DNA from: Octopus sinensis
Lineage: Eukaryota
Direction of reading: 5' to 3'
Assembly (NCBI RefSeq): GCF_006345805.1
Contig: NW_021833253.1
Span: forward strand, 1 to 64,000
Length of the DNA: 64,000 nucleotides
The position numbers and the translations under genes are program-made. Numbering within the stretch: the stretch's first letter is position 1; the number at the start of each line of letters is the position of its first letter. Under the pieces are notes generated by a model that did not search any database, was not told the origin of the DNA, and saw nothing but the letters and a program-made list of their open reading frames with translations. This document shows positions 48,927 through 62,179 of the stretch, in pieces.

Positions 48927-51660
48927 TCGTCAGCATAGAGGAGCTTCCAGGGGCATCCTATCTTGAACCCCTCCGTTATTGCCTGGAGGATTATGATAAA
49001 TAGGAGGGGGCTAAGGACTGAACCTTGGTGGACCCCTACCTCTACCCTGAATTCTTCAGTGTACTCGTTGCCAACCCTTACCTTACATACAGCGTCCCTG
49101 TACATAGCTTGCACATCTCTCATTAACCATTCATCTATCCCTAGTTTCCTCATTGACCACCAGATAAGTGATCAGGGGACCCTGTCAAAGGCTTTCTCCA
49201 AGTCAACGAAAGTCAGGTACAGAGGTTTATCTTTGGCTAGGTATTTCTCCTGCAACTGTCTTACCAGAAATATAGCATCTGTGGTGCTTTTCCCTGGCAC
49301 GAAACCAAGCTGCATCTCATCCAAGCTGACTCTCTCCCTAATCAGTTGGGCTATGACCCTCTCTGTGACATTCATTACCTGATCCAATAACTTGATACCT
49401 CTGTAATTATTCGCATCTAAAGCGTCACCTTTACCTTTGTAGCAGTTGACTATTATGCTGCTATACCAGTCATTGACTTGAAGTTGAACTTGAGACAACA
49501 TTCACCCGGGGTGGGTTGAGCTGGCTTCATTCATCCTCAATGCTGCATCTCTCACAAACGCCGACCAGGCCTGGCGATTTGAGGCTAACGACAGCGTGAT
49601 CTTCAACCACTCCTTATTCCAGCAGCGAACGCCGTAGATATGGGGGCCTAGGTTGGGTTTCAGATGAGCCTTGACTGTCATCAGCCATGTTTTTCGTTGT
49701 CCACCACATCGCTTTTGCCAACCCTGAAGGGGAGCTGGGGCAATTGCTTCGTAGATGAATTCTCCTGGAGAATCGTTCGCACTAGTGCTTGGTAGATCCG
49801 TACTTTGGTAGTGCGTCGGATCTCAGATCTTGACCAGAGTCGTGCATTGAGTCGGTTGAAGGCTTGGCGAGCGAGGTCGATTCGTGTTTTAATGTCAGCC
49901 TCACCTTGACCTGTGGCTGTAATGATGGCGCCAAGGTATTTGAAACTCTCAACCTCTTCAAGAATATCACCATTGAGGACAATGGGTGTTTTGTCTGGTG
50001 GGGCGAAGCCGGCTGTGAGGATTTTGGTCTTCAAGGCCTTGACTTTCATACCAATCTGCGATGCAACACGCTGGGGCTCATTGATAGCAAACTGGACGTC
50101 AGCTAATGTTTCGCCAAGTATCGCAATGTCATCTGCGTAGTCTAGATCCTTGACTGAAACGTTGTGACCAACAGTGATACCGGGGAACTCCCTTAATGCA
50201 TTTGTGGTGATCCAGTCGATGGCGTAATTGAAAAGAGTTGGCGAAAGAACACATCCTTGTTGAACCCCAGACCGTATTTCGAAGGGTTCCGACACTTCAC
50301 CGTCCACGCGTAGGCGGGATCGTGTTATGCGGTAATAATCTTTGATAAGATTGAAATGTTTAGGTGGGATACCATCTGCCTGAAGACCTTCCAGAGGGTG
50401 TCACGATCGACAGAGTTGAATGCAACAGCAAAATCAACAAAGCAGATGACTGTTTTTTGCTGAAAGCACCAACGGTGTTCGAGGATTCGTCTTAGGGTGA
50501 AGATTTGATCGGTGCAACCTCGACTTGGACAGAAACCACACTGGTTTGGTCTTGTTCTAGAGTCATGTTCTGATTGGAATCGTCTCAGAAGAAAGAAGGT
50601 ATGACTCCTTCGTGTATCACCTGGTTAACTATACGGGTGACTAGGCTATAGCCGACACTGCCAGATATTTTGAGCATCTCTGCAGTAATTCCTGATGGGC
50701 CGGGGGCTTTCCCTGCCTTCATACTTTTAATTGCTTTATCTATCTAGGTACTGTCAACTCAGATAGCTGGTCCCTCTGTTGGGTCGACATTCAGCAGACT
50801 CTCTTTATCCCATTCATTCTCTTTATTCAGCAACCTTTCATAGTGGCATCTCCAAACCTCTCTCTTTGCATCCTCATTCAGCACAAGTGAACCATCATCC
50901 ATGCGAACACATTTCTTTCCTACCACATCACGATTCTCACTGACACACTGTCTTGCAACACGAAATACCTCAAGTCTTTCGTCCTCACGGCACAGAACAT
51001 TGGCAAATTTTTTCTTATCTGCTTCCCCTCTAGCTAAATAAACCTGTCTCCTAGCTTCCATTCTGGCAGTCTGATACACTTCCCTGCTACCACTGTTCTT
51101 CCAGTCCTTCCAAGCCTGTTTCTTTTCTCTAATAGCCCTGTCAACAACATTGTTTAACCACCACGTTATTTTGGGTCTTGAGGGGACTTTGCACCATCCA
51201 CAGATCTGGTCAGTGGCTCTCAGCATGTTGTCCCGTAGAAACCTCCAGTTGTCTTCCACATTATGTGAAGCTATATCCCCTTCTATTTCGTCAAAGGCTT
51301 CGAGTAATATGTCTCTAAATCTTTGTCCATTTTCAGGATCTTTAAGTCTCCAGACCCTTCTTCTCCTTGCTGGTCGTTTTCTGGGCATCCATTTAGCCCT
51401 GATCCTGAAGTCACTGACTACCAGTCTATGTTGTGGGGTACATTCTTCACCAGGGAAGGTTTTGGCATTTATACAAGGATGTAGTCAATTTGGCTAGTAT
51501 GTCGGCCCGATTGGTAGGTGACTAGGTGACTAGAAGGTTTCCTGAAGTTAGCATTGCAAATCATAAGATCATTTGCATCACAGAAGTCCAGCAGTCTGGT
51601 TCCCTCCTCGTTGTGGGAACCATAACCATAGCCTCCATGTACGCCGAATAATGAGATACA
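48927..51660 (-). mobile_element. RTE LINE internal fragment (endonuclease to YADD), split by a second RTE
   Basis: SQIDYILV, RLQEKYLAKDKPLYLTFVDLEKAFDRVP, GVHQGSVLSPLLF, LLYADD. The host sequence CATTG|GGTATG is contiguous in the sister copy at ~58047. Confidence 0.88.
49476..50597 (-). mobile_element. Nested 5'-truncated RTE of a different family
   Basis: SGVQQGCVLSPTLF, DLDYADDIA, FKYLGA; tail TCAAGTTCAACTTCAAGT; internal deletion after LVRTIL; no TSD. Confidence 0.88.
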
Positions 51661-52074
51661 TACATGATGGCTGCCAATTTGTGTTCGAGTATTGTCATCG
51701 CCTGAACGAAATTCCATTATATGTGATACTCGTACATAACTGTTCAGTCCAGCCAAAGATCTAAATTCTTTATGACACTGTTGGTAAGTGTGAATGACAT
51801 TGGAGCTCTTTTGCGATTCATCCTTGCTGTGCATATTCATATGGCGCTTGAGTTCTCACGAGGAGGCACACTCCTTTCTACAAACTTGCCCATTTCATAC
51901 TCAGGTGTAGCTGGCAACCGCTTTTTTAAGATGACTGCATTGATGGCCTTTCAATCCCACCAAACTGAGGCAAATATGCCCACAGTCATTATAAATCCCT
52001 TCATTTCTTCAAGGAAATTCTGATAATGGCTAAGGGTATCCTTTCCTAGAATTTCTTTTATTTTTCAGATACAT

Positions 52075-52385
52075 ACATACACATATGCATACGTGCATAC
52101 ATACATACATACATACATACATACATACATACAAACATACATACATACATACATAAATACATACATACATATGTACATGCATACATCATACATATATACA
52201 TACATACAAAAGTACAAACGTACATGCATACATACATACACATATGCATACGTGCATACATACATACATACATACATACATACATAAATGCATACATACA
52301 TATGTACTTGCATACATCATACATATATACATACAAACGTACATGCATACATACATACATGCATGCATGCATGTATGTATGTATG
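52075..52385. repeat. (CATA)n microsatellite with ~160-bp higher-order duplication
   Basis: Variant CATATGCATACGTGCATAC recurs at ~52081 and ~52241. Confidence 0.9.
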
Positions 52386-55320
52386 CATGGATGTGTCAAA
52401 ATGTCTGTAGAAATATCTGAGATGATAGTGACATTGATCATCAAAGCAGTCTATCATGGACCAATAGCCAGATTATTACCTCCCACTTTGAAGTGTATGT
52501 GTTTGCTATCCAGGAAATGGAAATATCAAATATCTGATGCACAAAAGGGATAGAGATACAGGAAAAGCAGTAAAATGTGATGACTGATGCAGGCTTTGTG
52601 GTATTAACACCAAATATATCACACACACCATAAGCAGTTGTCTGAAAATGTCATCACGGTATTATCTACCAATGAGACATGATGTTGTAGCTAGGACACT
52701 CTATAATGAAATCTGTCAGAAGAAATAAGAGCCCGCAATTTGGTAGAAGCCATAGCCACTCATAATTAAAAAAGGAGTACTGCTAGAAGACCCCAATAAA
52801 ATAAAAGCACAACAGACCTGATATAATGATTTGGAATAGAGAAGAGAAACTGTGAACAGCTGTGGAAATTAGCTGCCCTGCGGATGTTAACATAAAGCTG
52901 AAGGGAAGTGAAAAAGAGAATACTGCTGCTGAACTATTGAGAAACCTACCATTACTCTTTCCAGATTACAAGTTCATGTTTGTAACTGTAATTATTGAGG
53001 CCCTGACATATGCAACATACTGCCTAAATAGCAATCTTGAGAAATTAGGCTTCTCAAAACCTGAAAGGAGAAAGCTGATTCGGAGACTACAGATCCAGTC
53101 CAACACTGGAACTGTAAAACTTTCCAGAAGTTTATCCTTTGAATATCTATGAGCATGTCTAGATATGTAACTACATGCATGAGAATACATAGCTGTACTG
53201 TCTGAAGTAAGAAAACAACGCAGAAATCTTGTGACAGTATGGCTTGTCTATAAGAAGGCATTCAACTCTATCCCTCATTCATGGCTGTTGAAGTGCCTAC
53301 ACCTGGCAAAAGTACCTTCCACTCTAATTGTGAGTCTCTGTAGAGAGACTCACAAAGACATGGACAACAGTTCTCACCCTTCCAACAGAGAACACAATAA
53401 TTGTTTCTGATAGTAAAGGCATTTCAAAGGGAATATTCCAGGGAGATGGTCTTTCTGTACTTCTTTTCCTTTTGCCACTGAATCCATAATCGTTCCTACA
53501 GCAGAGAAAACAAATGGCTACATGCTAGGATCTTCAACTGCTAGAAGTATCAATGAAACTCATAATTCTTTGTAGACAACATCAAGATCTATGCTAAAAG
53601 CGTTGACAATGCCAAAATACAAACTGGAATTAGTAACAACATTTTCAGCGGATATAGGCATGGAATTTGGCCAACAGAAATGTTTGTATTTGGTCATAGA
53701 ACGAGGAAAGTCAGTCCCCCAAACCCCAAACCTGTGCATCAACAGTCTCTCATCTCCCCCATTCCACACAAAGAATGTTACAAATACCTAGGGCACATAT
53801 ATGAAAGCACTGAGAATAAAAATAGAGTGACCTGAGAATGTTACACCAGACTTAGGACAAATGGCAGTCAGAACTCTCCTCTAGCAACAAAACAATATCC
53901 CACAGTGCATTTGCAATACCAGTGCTGACCCCCAACATTTGGGATACTTGATTGGTCTGCAGAGGAAATCCACTCCATACATATTAAAACCTGCAAAATC
54001 CTGACACCAACCGGGAACTTCCAAAGAAACAGTGATGTGGACAGACTCTACCTAAGAAGAAATGAAGGTGGTGGAGGCCTGAAATCAGTGCAGACGGCCT
54101 TTGAGTGAAGACCACTACATCACATCATGCTTTGAAGGCTACGTGTTTGCAATCCAGGAAGAGGAGATTGCCACAAAGTACCTGGTGAACAAGAGTGACA
54201 GTAATGCTCTTGTCATCCCAAGGTTCAACTGCATGTGTAGGCTATGTCATGTTTCAGTGGAAGACATCATGCATGTGATTAGCAGTTGTCTTAAAATGTC
54301 TTCATGGTACTACCTCCCTATGCAGCACAATGTTGTCGCTAAAACAATTTTCAATGCCATCTGCAAAAAAAAATAACTGTCTTGAAATAAACTTAGAAAA
54401 TTCCTCTGTTATGAAATATTCCCATCAAAATTTTTGTCAGATGTAAACATAACAGGTCGGATATTGCTGTTTGGGACAGAGGGGCAAAGGTATGTACCCT
54501 CATAGAAGTTAGCTGCCCTGCAGATTTAAATATCTCTTTGGAAATCAAAGAAAAAGAGGACAAACCTCTGGATCCATACTAAGAATTCATATTCATACCA
54601 ATAATACATCCCAAAGATGGAACTCTGTATCTTTGTTGGAAACCAGCTCCCACCTCAGTAGAAGATTTATAATGATTAAAGAATTGAAGAGATATACATA
54701 CATGCATGGATATGTCAGTAGAAAGCTCCAAGATAACAGTAATATCGATCATCAAAGCAGTTTATCATGGACCAATAGGCGGATTACTATCTCCCACTTT
54801 GAAGGGTATGTATTTGCAATCCAGGAACAGGAAATAACAACCAAGTACCTGATGCACAAAAGAGATAGAGATGCAGAAAAAAGCCAAGTGGTGCAGACTT
54901 TGTGGAGTTCACACTGAAGATATCACCCACATCATAAGAAGTTGTCTGAAAATGTCATCAAGGTATTATGTGCCGATGAGACATGATGTTGTAGCTAGGA
55001 CACTCTATAATGAAAGCCATCAGTCTAAGAAGTAAGAGCCAACAGTACGGAAGAAGCCATAGCCACTCATAATAAAAAGGAGTACAGATGGAACGTCCCA
55101 GCGAAAACCTCAATAAAATGTAAGCATGACAGACCTGATATAATGATTTGGGATAGAGAAGAGAAACTGTGCACAGTTGTAGAAATCAGCTACACAGCGG
55201 ACATTTACATAAAGCTGAAGATCTGTGAGAAAGAGAACACCTCTGCTGAACTATTGAGAAATCTGCAGTTACTCTATCCAGATGACAAGTTCAGGTTTAT
55301 ACCTGTAATTATTGGTTATC
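52385..55320 (+). mobile_element. Tandem of degraded R4-clade (RLE) fragments, second family
   Basis: FEGYVFAIQEQEITTKYL, CRLC..SVEDIMHVISSC, RHDVVA, VEISCPAD, WL.YKKAF, GIFQGDGLS; 52385-53150 is homologous to 54700-55320. Confidence 0.8.
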
Positions 55321-55392
55321 TATAAATGCTTATCAATATAGGATTCCATTATTCTATATTAACATTATTTTATATTATCTATACTTTGATAA

Positions 55393-55692
55393 TCTTTATA
55401 TATAAAAGTGAAGTTGTGTGTCTGTCTGTCTCCTACGATTTAGATTCCTAACTACTCCCACATTTTGCTTTGCAGTTTAACCAAAACCGGGTATCTTATA
55501 GTCGTGATTCATATCGAGCCCTTCTGGGTATTAGCGCGTCTACGATGAGTCTACGATTTAAAAAAAAATTTACCATCATTTCTTCCCATTTTTAATGCAT
55601 TTTTTGCTATTATATAAGGGAAGTAACTCTCTAAAAATGCTTATATAGTTATTTCCCTTACAAACCCGAGCAACGCCGGGCGATACTGCTAG
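55393..55692 (+). mobile_element. Non-autonomous Helitron, 300 bp
   Basis: A|TCTTTATATATAAAAG ... CCCGAGCAACGCCGGG hairpin, CGATACTGCTAG|T. Confidence 0.85.
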
Positions 55693-56194
55693 TATAGAAT
55701 AATGGAATCCTAGATTTGGAATACAATACATAGTGGATTTTACACATAACTATTATGGATTATTACAGAAGGCTAACCAAGGAAGTATATATGGATTTAA
55801 AGACTCATACTAAAGTGTATTTATGTATTTACCAAAATCAAAAGCTGCAATTTTTAATTTTAATTTACGTTTCAAACAAACAGCATTTTATAGTATTACT
55901 TCAAATTTAAAAAAAACTACCATTCGAAATGCTATACAAAATTCAAATTTTATATCTTTGAAGAGCAAAGGAGTTGTCTATAAATGCTTATCAATATAGG
56001 ATTCCATTATAGGGACAACTCTTCTGTGAAACGATCGTAAAATGCTTTAAATACTTAATTCAAAACTTTTAAACTGTCATTATTATATATTTATACTTAT
56101 ACATATATTTTTATATATATTTATATTTTTAATACAACAATTATTTTACACATGTATACATCTTTCTGAAGAATTTTCTAATATTGATTTCCTG

Positions 56195-56230
<36 letters not shown>

Positions 56231-56304
56231 TATTATAAAATATATATTATTGGGACCCTGGGATATGTAACACACTATCTAAATACCAATCTTGAGAGAT
56301 TATC

Positions 56305-58490
56305 ATCATCACTTAACGTCCACTTTCCATACTGGCATGGGTTGGATGGTTTGACTGAGGTCTGGAGAGCCAGCGACTGCACCCAGTTCCAATCTGATTT
56401 GGCAATGTTTCTACAGCTGGATGCCCTTCCTAATACCAACCACTCTGTGAGTGTAGTGGGTGCTTTTCACATGTCACTGGCACAAGAGCCATTCAGCAGG
56501 TACTGACATTAGTAACGATTGGTTGATGCCTTTTGCATGGGGGGCAGTTATTCGGACCTGGCATCGACAACGTTTGGATGGTGCTTTTTACGTGCCACTG
56601 GCACGGGAGCCAGTCAGGCGAACCTGGAATCGACCAACTTTGGATGGTCCTTTATATGCTACTTGCATGGGAGCCAGCCAGGGGCACCGGCCCTAGCTAT
56701 ATTGCTTTTACTTGGCTCAACAGGTCTTCTCAAGCATATCATATCTCCCGATGCATCAGGGGTATTCTTAACAGGGCTGGGCATGTGTGGTTGCCATCTC
56801 ACTTTAGTTGCCGGGTCTCCTCAATCACAACACACCTCCAAAGGTCCCAGTCTCCTGTCATTGCCTGTGAGGCTTAATGTTTGAAAGTCATGCTTTATCG
56901 CCTCATCCCATGTCTTCCTGGGTCTACCTCTTCTACATGTTCCTTCTACAGGTAGGGAGTGGCACTTCTTCACAGTCTTCATTCATATATAACGCATGAC
57001 CATACCAGCGCAGTTGTTTCTCTTGCACACCACATTTGAAGCTTCTTATGCCCAAATTTCCTTTCAGGGCGCTTACACTCTGTTGTGTATACACACTGAC
57101 ATTACACATCAAGCTATTCTTACTCTAGTCGCTACACCTCTGCTACAGACTTGGTCACCTAGGTAGCAGAAGCTATTAACTACTTCTAGTGTTTCCCCTG
57201 GCATGTGTTGGAATCTGTTATTTGTCCCTCTTCAGTGGTCATTGCCACTGAGCATTTGCCACACACAAAAACTATCTTCCCATTTAACCTTCCTTTGCTA
57301 TTTCCACACCTTTTATGTGTTCATAGCTTACACTAGGTACACTGTATGGAGTTTCTACTCACACCTTTTCTACAGATGAAGAAGGGCCATCTACCCGAAG
57401 GAGTTTGTGATTTGACAGCCTTCCTGCTTACTAAGACTTTGGTTTTTGCTAGGTTAACCCTAAACTTCGTCTCCAGTTCTGGCAGTGACTCAGCGATTAG
57501 AGCAAGGTCATCAGCATAGAGGAGCTCCCAGGGGCAGCTTGTCTTGAATTCCTCTGTTTTGCCTGGAGGAGTATGATGAATAAGAGGGGACTGAGGGCTG
57601 ATCCTTGGTGAACACCTACTTCTACTCAAAATTCTTCTCTATACTCATTGCCAACCCTCACCTTACTGACAGCAGCCCTGTACAGGGCTTGTACAGCTCT
57701 TACCATCCACTCATCTATCCCTAGTTTCCACATTGACCACCAGATAAGGGATCAGGGGACCCTGTCAAAAGCTTTCTCCAGGTCAACAAAAGCCAAGTAC
57801 AGAGGTTTATCTTTGGCAAGATATTTCTCCTGCATTTGCCTTACCAGAAATGTAGCATCAGTGGTGCTTCTCTCTGGCACAAAACCAAACTGCATCTCAT
57901 CTAGACTAACTCTCTCCCTAATTAGTTGGGCTATGACCCTCTCTGTAACTTTCATCACCTGATCAAATAATTTGATACCCCTGTAGTTATTCCTATCTAA
58001 TGCATCATGTTTACCAGTGTAGCAGTTGATTATGGCGCTGCTACACCAGTCATTGGGTATGACTCCTTCGTGAACTACCTGATTTACGATACAGGTGAAA
58101 GACCCTAACCCACACCACCCCGATATTTGAAGCATCTCTGAAGTGATTCCTGATGGGCCAAGTGCTTTCCCTGTCTTCATATCCTCAATTGCTTTATCTC
58201 CCACGGTACTATCGATTCAGGTAGCTGGTTCCTCTACTGGGTCAACCTTTGGTAGACTCTCCTTCCCATTCATTCTCCACATTCAACAGTCTTTCATAAT
58301 GGCATCTCCAAGCCTCTTTCTTTGCAGAATCATTAAACGCAAGGGCACCTTCATCCATGAAGACACATTTCTCTCCTATGACATCACGGTTTTTCTCTCA
58401 CAGACTGTCTTGCGATCCAAAATACTTCAGTTCTCTGGACCTCGTGTCACTGAACATTGGCAAACTTCTTCTTTTCTGCATCAGCAACCA
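56305..58490 (-). mobile_element. RTE LINE 3' portion (RT to 3' UTR), degraded
   Basis: LAFVDLEKAFDRVP, CPWELLYADDLAL, post-RT region, UTR ending in (GAT)n. Confidence 0.88.
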
Positions 58491-59640
58491 TGTATGGGTC
58501 TCAGAGCAACTCCCAGATGACTGGATCGAGAGCATCATCCTCCGCTTCCAGAAAAAAAAAAAAGAATGGCCACAAACTCATCAGCAGAGTCATCACTCTC
58601 TTCTCCATCTCAAGCAAGCTCTTCACCAGGATCCTTCTCAGCCATGCTTGTCCTGCCATTAGAAGTAGATTCTGCCTACATCAAGCCAGATTCATGCCAA
58701 ATCGATTTACCCCCTACTGTACTTTTGCCTTTGTCTCATCATTGAAAGATCTTGGTAGTTCTGCAAAGATTTGCCACCTCTACATCACCATCATCAACCA
58801 CATATTCCACTGGAAAATCCTCAAGCTTGTTGGTACACTTCTCAAGATCACCGCCCTGTTCCAATGGCTCTATTGCAGTTCGGAGAGATGCATGTGGGTG
58901 AATGTGAAAGACTCTGACTTGCAAAGAGGACAGCATGGTCACTCTCAACTTCTTTGACTGTATCATTATTTATCTGATGATCAAGGTCTGTGAGTGGGTC
59001 TCTCGCATTACTTGAAGTATGTGGATGATACCATCCTATTCAACAACTCAGTTGACCAGCTCAGGGACACACTGACCAATTACAGAGATGAATCAACAAG
59101 GCTTGGACTTCACGTGAGTTGAGTGAAGACCAAGCTGATGCATGTCAGAGATGGCCTGGATCCTCCCCCACTCTACACCGGGCCTGATGCCATGGAGTTT
59201 GTTAGCTCCTTCATATACCTGGGTTCTACAGTCACCAACAATGGAGATCTGACACTGGAGATTAACTGCAGATGTGGGCTTGCCACTGGGGTCATGTACT
59301 CCCTATAGAAGCCCCCTCCTGTGCTACTGCTCTATTTCCCAGAAGACAAAGCTCCACATCTACAATGCATCTGTCCTCTCCATTCTCCTCTGTGGAGCAG
59401 AAATGAGGCCCCTCTTGAAGACTTTGGCAAAGAGGATTGATGGCTTCAGAAGCAGAACCCTGAGAACCAATGAGAACACCAGATGTTACCTGCATGTTTC
59501 CAACAAAGACTTGCATGCACTGTACAGGCATGTCCTCCATCTCCTATTAGATCATCCTACCAAAGTTTAACTCCCATTCAATGCAAGAGCTGCAGGCTGG
59601 AAAGGTCTGTGGCAGACCCTGTACCAAATAGCTGAATATG
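58490..59640 (+). mobile_element. Old degraded RTE fragment on the opposite strand
   Basis: DDWIESII..RVITLFSISSKLFTRIL, YVDDTILF-like, FIYLGSTVTNNGDL, KTKLHIYNASVLSILLCGAE. Confidence 0.7.
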
Positions 59641-60479
59641 GCTAAAGAAAATCTCCAGTGACTCAATGTTACCTTGGAAGATGTACAGTAGGGCTGGCAC
59701 AGGACCACCAGCAATGGGGGTGGGGAGTACTAATGAACCTGGTTGGCTCTACATATGATGATGTTCCTGGGGTCACTAATCTGGGATGACCTCACCCCCA
59801 TCATACAAGATCACGAAGGGCAAGCAATTTTTGCAACATGGAAGTTAGACTATTCTGTAAAAAAACACTTTGAGAATTACCCTACATTTTCCATGATACT
59901 AGTTGAGAATTCCAAGAAAGATGGTGAAAGTAATGACAATAGTGTTCTGTATCCTAATAATACCCAGTATTAAACCACTAAGAGGGTGGCTGTTATCTGG
60001 TAATTTTACTCAAAAATGGTAAGCATGAATACTCCACTGGTTTTTTCACCAATTGTGTCTGATAAGCATTTAATGTGTACCAGATGGGCTCTGTCTGATC
60101 ATGTGAACAAGGCTTTGGTAAGAAGGAAGAATTTTTTCATCTTAAAATCACATTTCCAAAATCAGAGGGCAATGTCTACCATGCCATAAATAAGTTTATG
60201 TTTTATTTTTTTAAATACAATATAGAATATTAAGTTTTAACAAGATTTGAACTTGCAGCCTTTATTTTATTTTAAGCAATAATTATTTCTGATGTAAAAA
60301 AGAAAAGATCGAAAATGTTAACATAACATGATGATACAGTGCAAATAATTCACAAAATTTTATGTTCAATAGTTTTAGTGTTACAAATTTGACCCCCTTT
60401 GCTCATAAATGACCATGGGACTGCACTTAGAAAGTTCTCCTCCAATGCACAAATCTGAACAAAACTGCTTACGAAAGAC

Positions 60480-60715
60480 CAGCAGTCACCCATCAGTACC
60501 AGCCTCCCTCTTCCATGTCACTAATGTTATCCAAGAGAAAAGCAAAGGTTGACACAGCTTGGCACCAGTGACATTGCAACTCATTTCTACAGCTGAGTGG
60601 AGTGGAGCAACATGAAATAAAATGTTTTGCTGAAGAATACAACACACAGCCCAGACCAGGAATTGAACTCACTACCTCGTGTTTGGGAGCCCAATGTTCT
60701 AACCACTGAGCCATT
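60480..60715 (-). mobile_element. tRNA-derived SINE with CORE-like central domain
   Basis: TGGCTCAGTGGTTAGAACATTGG...GAGTTCAATTCC head, then TGTTGTATTCTTCAGCAAAACATTTTATTTCATGTTGCTCC..CAGCTGTAGAAATGAGT. Confidence 0.75.
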
Positions 60716-60749
60716 ACAAATTTGAATAGTTTTAGTGTTAAAAATCTGA

Positions 60750-61500
60750 ATATGAGGTGTAGTCAAAAAATATCCAAAAGATAAGTATTATTAAAAGATT
60801 CACCATTTTGATTTCGTCCCCTTCAAAGTATTTGCCTTGGGAGTCTACATACTTCAGCCAGTGTTCCTGCTACTGCCGGAAACATTTCTGGAAACCACTT
60901 TTGAGGATTCCGTAGAGCTGTGATGTTGAATTTTGTTTAATGTCTTCTGTTGACTCAAATCTTCCCTCTTTGAATGTTATTTTGAGCTTTGGGAACAGCG
61001 AAAAGTCACACAGAGCCAAGTCTGGGAAGTAGGAAGCCTGATGAACAAGTGGTGTGTTTTGCTTGATGCTTGGACGATGTAGGTAGAAGGAGTGGGTGCA
61101 TTGTCATGTTGGAGTTGTCAGTTCTTTGCTGCCCACAGGTCGGGTTGTTTTTGTCACACAGTTTCACAAAGGTGATGAAGAATACCCACGTAGTATTCTT
61201 TGTTAATTGTCTGACCTTGTGGTGCATATTCATGGCTCACTGTCCACTGAGGTGCAGCCATCTTTGAACTGGCTGAACCATTCCTTCATTTGTGTTTTCC
61301 CCCTGGCATCATCTCCAAACACCTGAATCTTCTCGATAGTTTGGGCTGGCGTATCACCAAGTTTTGGGCAGAATTTGATTGAGTATCTTTGCTCAATGCT
61401 CTCAGTTATCTTCACTCAAAAAAGGAAAGTCACACAGCACACTCTCCACGTCTGTACTCAATGTGTCACTGCAGGCATGAAAGTTTTTGCACATGCTCAT
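60750..61500 (-). mobile_element. Old mariner remnant, internally deleted
   Basis: EQRYSIKFCPKLG...QMKEWFSQFKDG, then GQTINKEYY...LQHDNAP; a different family from the 1.29-kb copies. Confidence 0.75.
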
Positions 61501-62179
61501 GAAGGACATGGTTACTTAACCATATGGATTTTGCTCACACATAATTATTTTGTGCAAAAACAATCAAGGTCAGATACTGTTGATTACATGTAGTTTTAGT
61601 GTGACAAGTCTGCATAGTTTCAGCGTATACAAATTTGAATAGTTTTAGTGTTACGAAAGACTTCATTTTCAAACAGAGAATGTAATCAAATAATTAGGAT
61701 ATGCCTGAAAGTCATGGAAAACAACATAAATCCTGGGTCTTTGAATATCATCAACAGCAGAATTGTAAGAATCCTGTAAAACTTTTAATCTCCGGTGTCC
61801 TTGCATCATTCTTCCCACAAGAACACTGCATTTGTATATTCTCTTTGTTTTGTTAGCGTCAGGAACAGAATATTTATCATTTGCAGAATAACGGATGCGT
61901 CTGGCAAAATAAACTCCATTCCCAAATGCGGTGGCTAAAAATAAAGAAAGAAAAAAAAGATAAATATATAAGCAAAGTAGCTAGTTGTAAAATCTCAATA
62001 AAGGGTGAGAGTAGTAACTACAAGTAAAGTTATATACAGGGTACAGGCTGCACTTATAACCAGCTGGCAGATCTACCTAGGGTTAAAACAGTAGTAACAC
62101 TGAATATTCAGTTTTTGGTTATTTTCTCTTATTCCTTTCTGTTGAAGAGTGTAGGCTCAAAATGTCCAAATTCATCAAC

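Noticed and set aside
52058-52553. MYVC / HTYI-rich ORFs, and similar poly-I, poly-N, poly-L and YIYI ORFs elsewhere
   Set aside because: They are translations of microsatellites.
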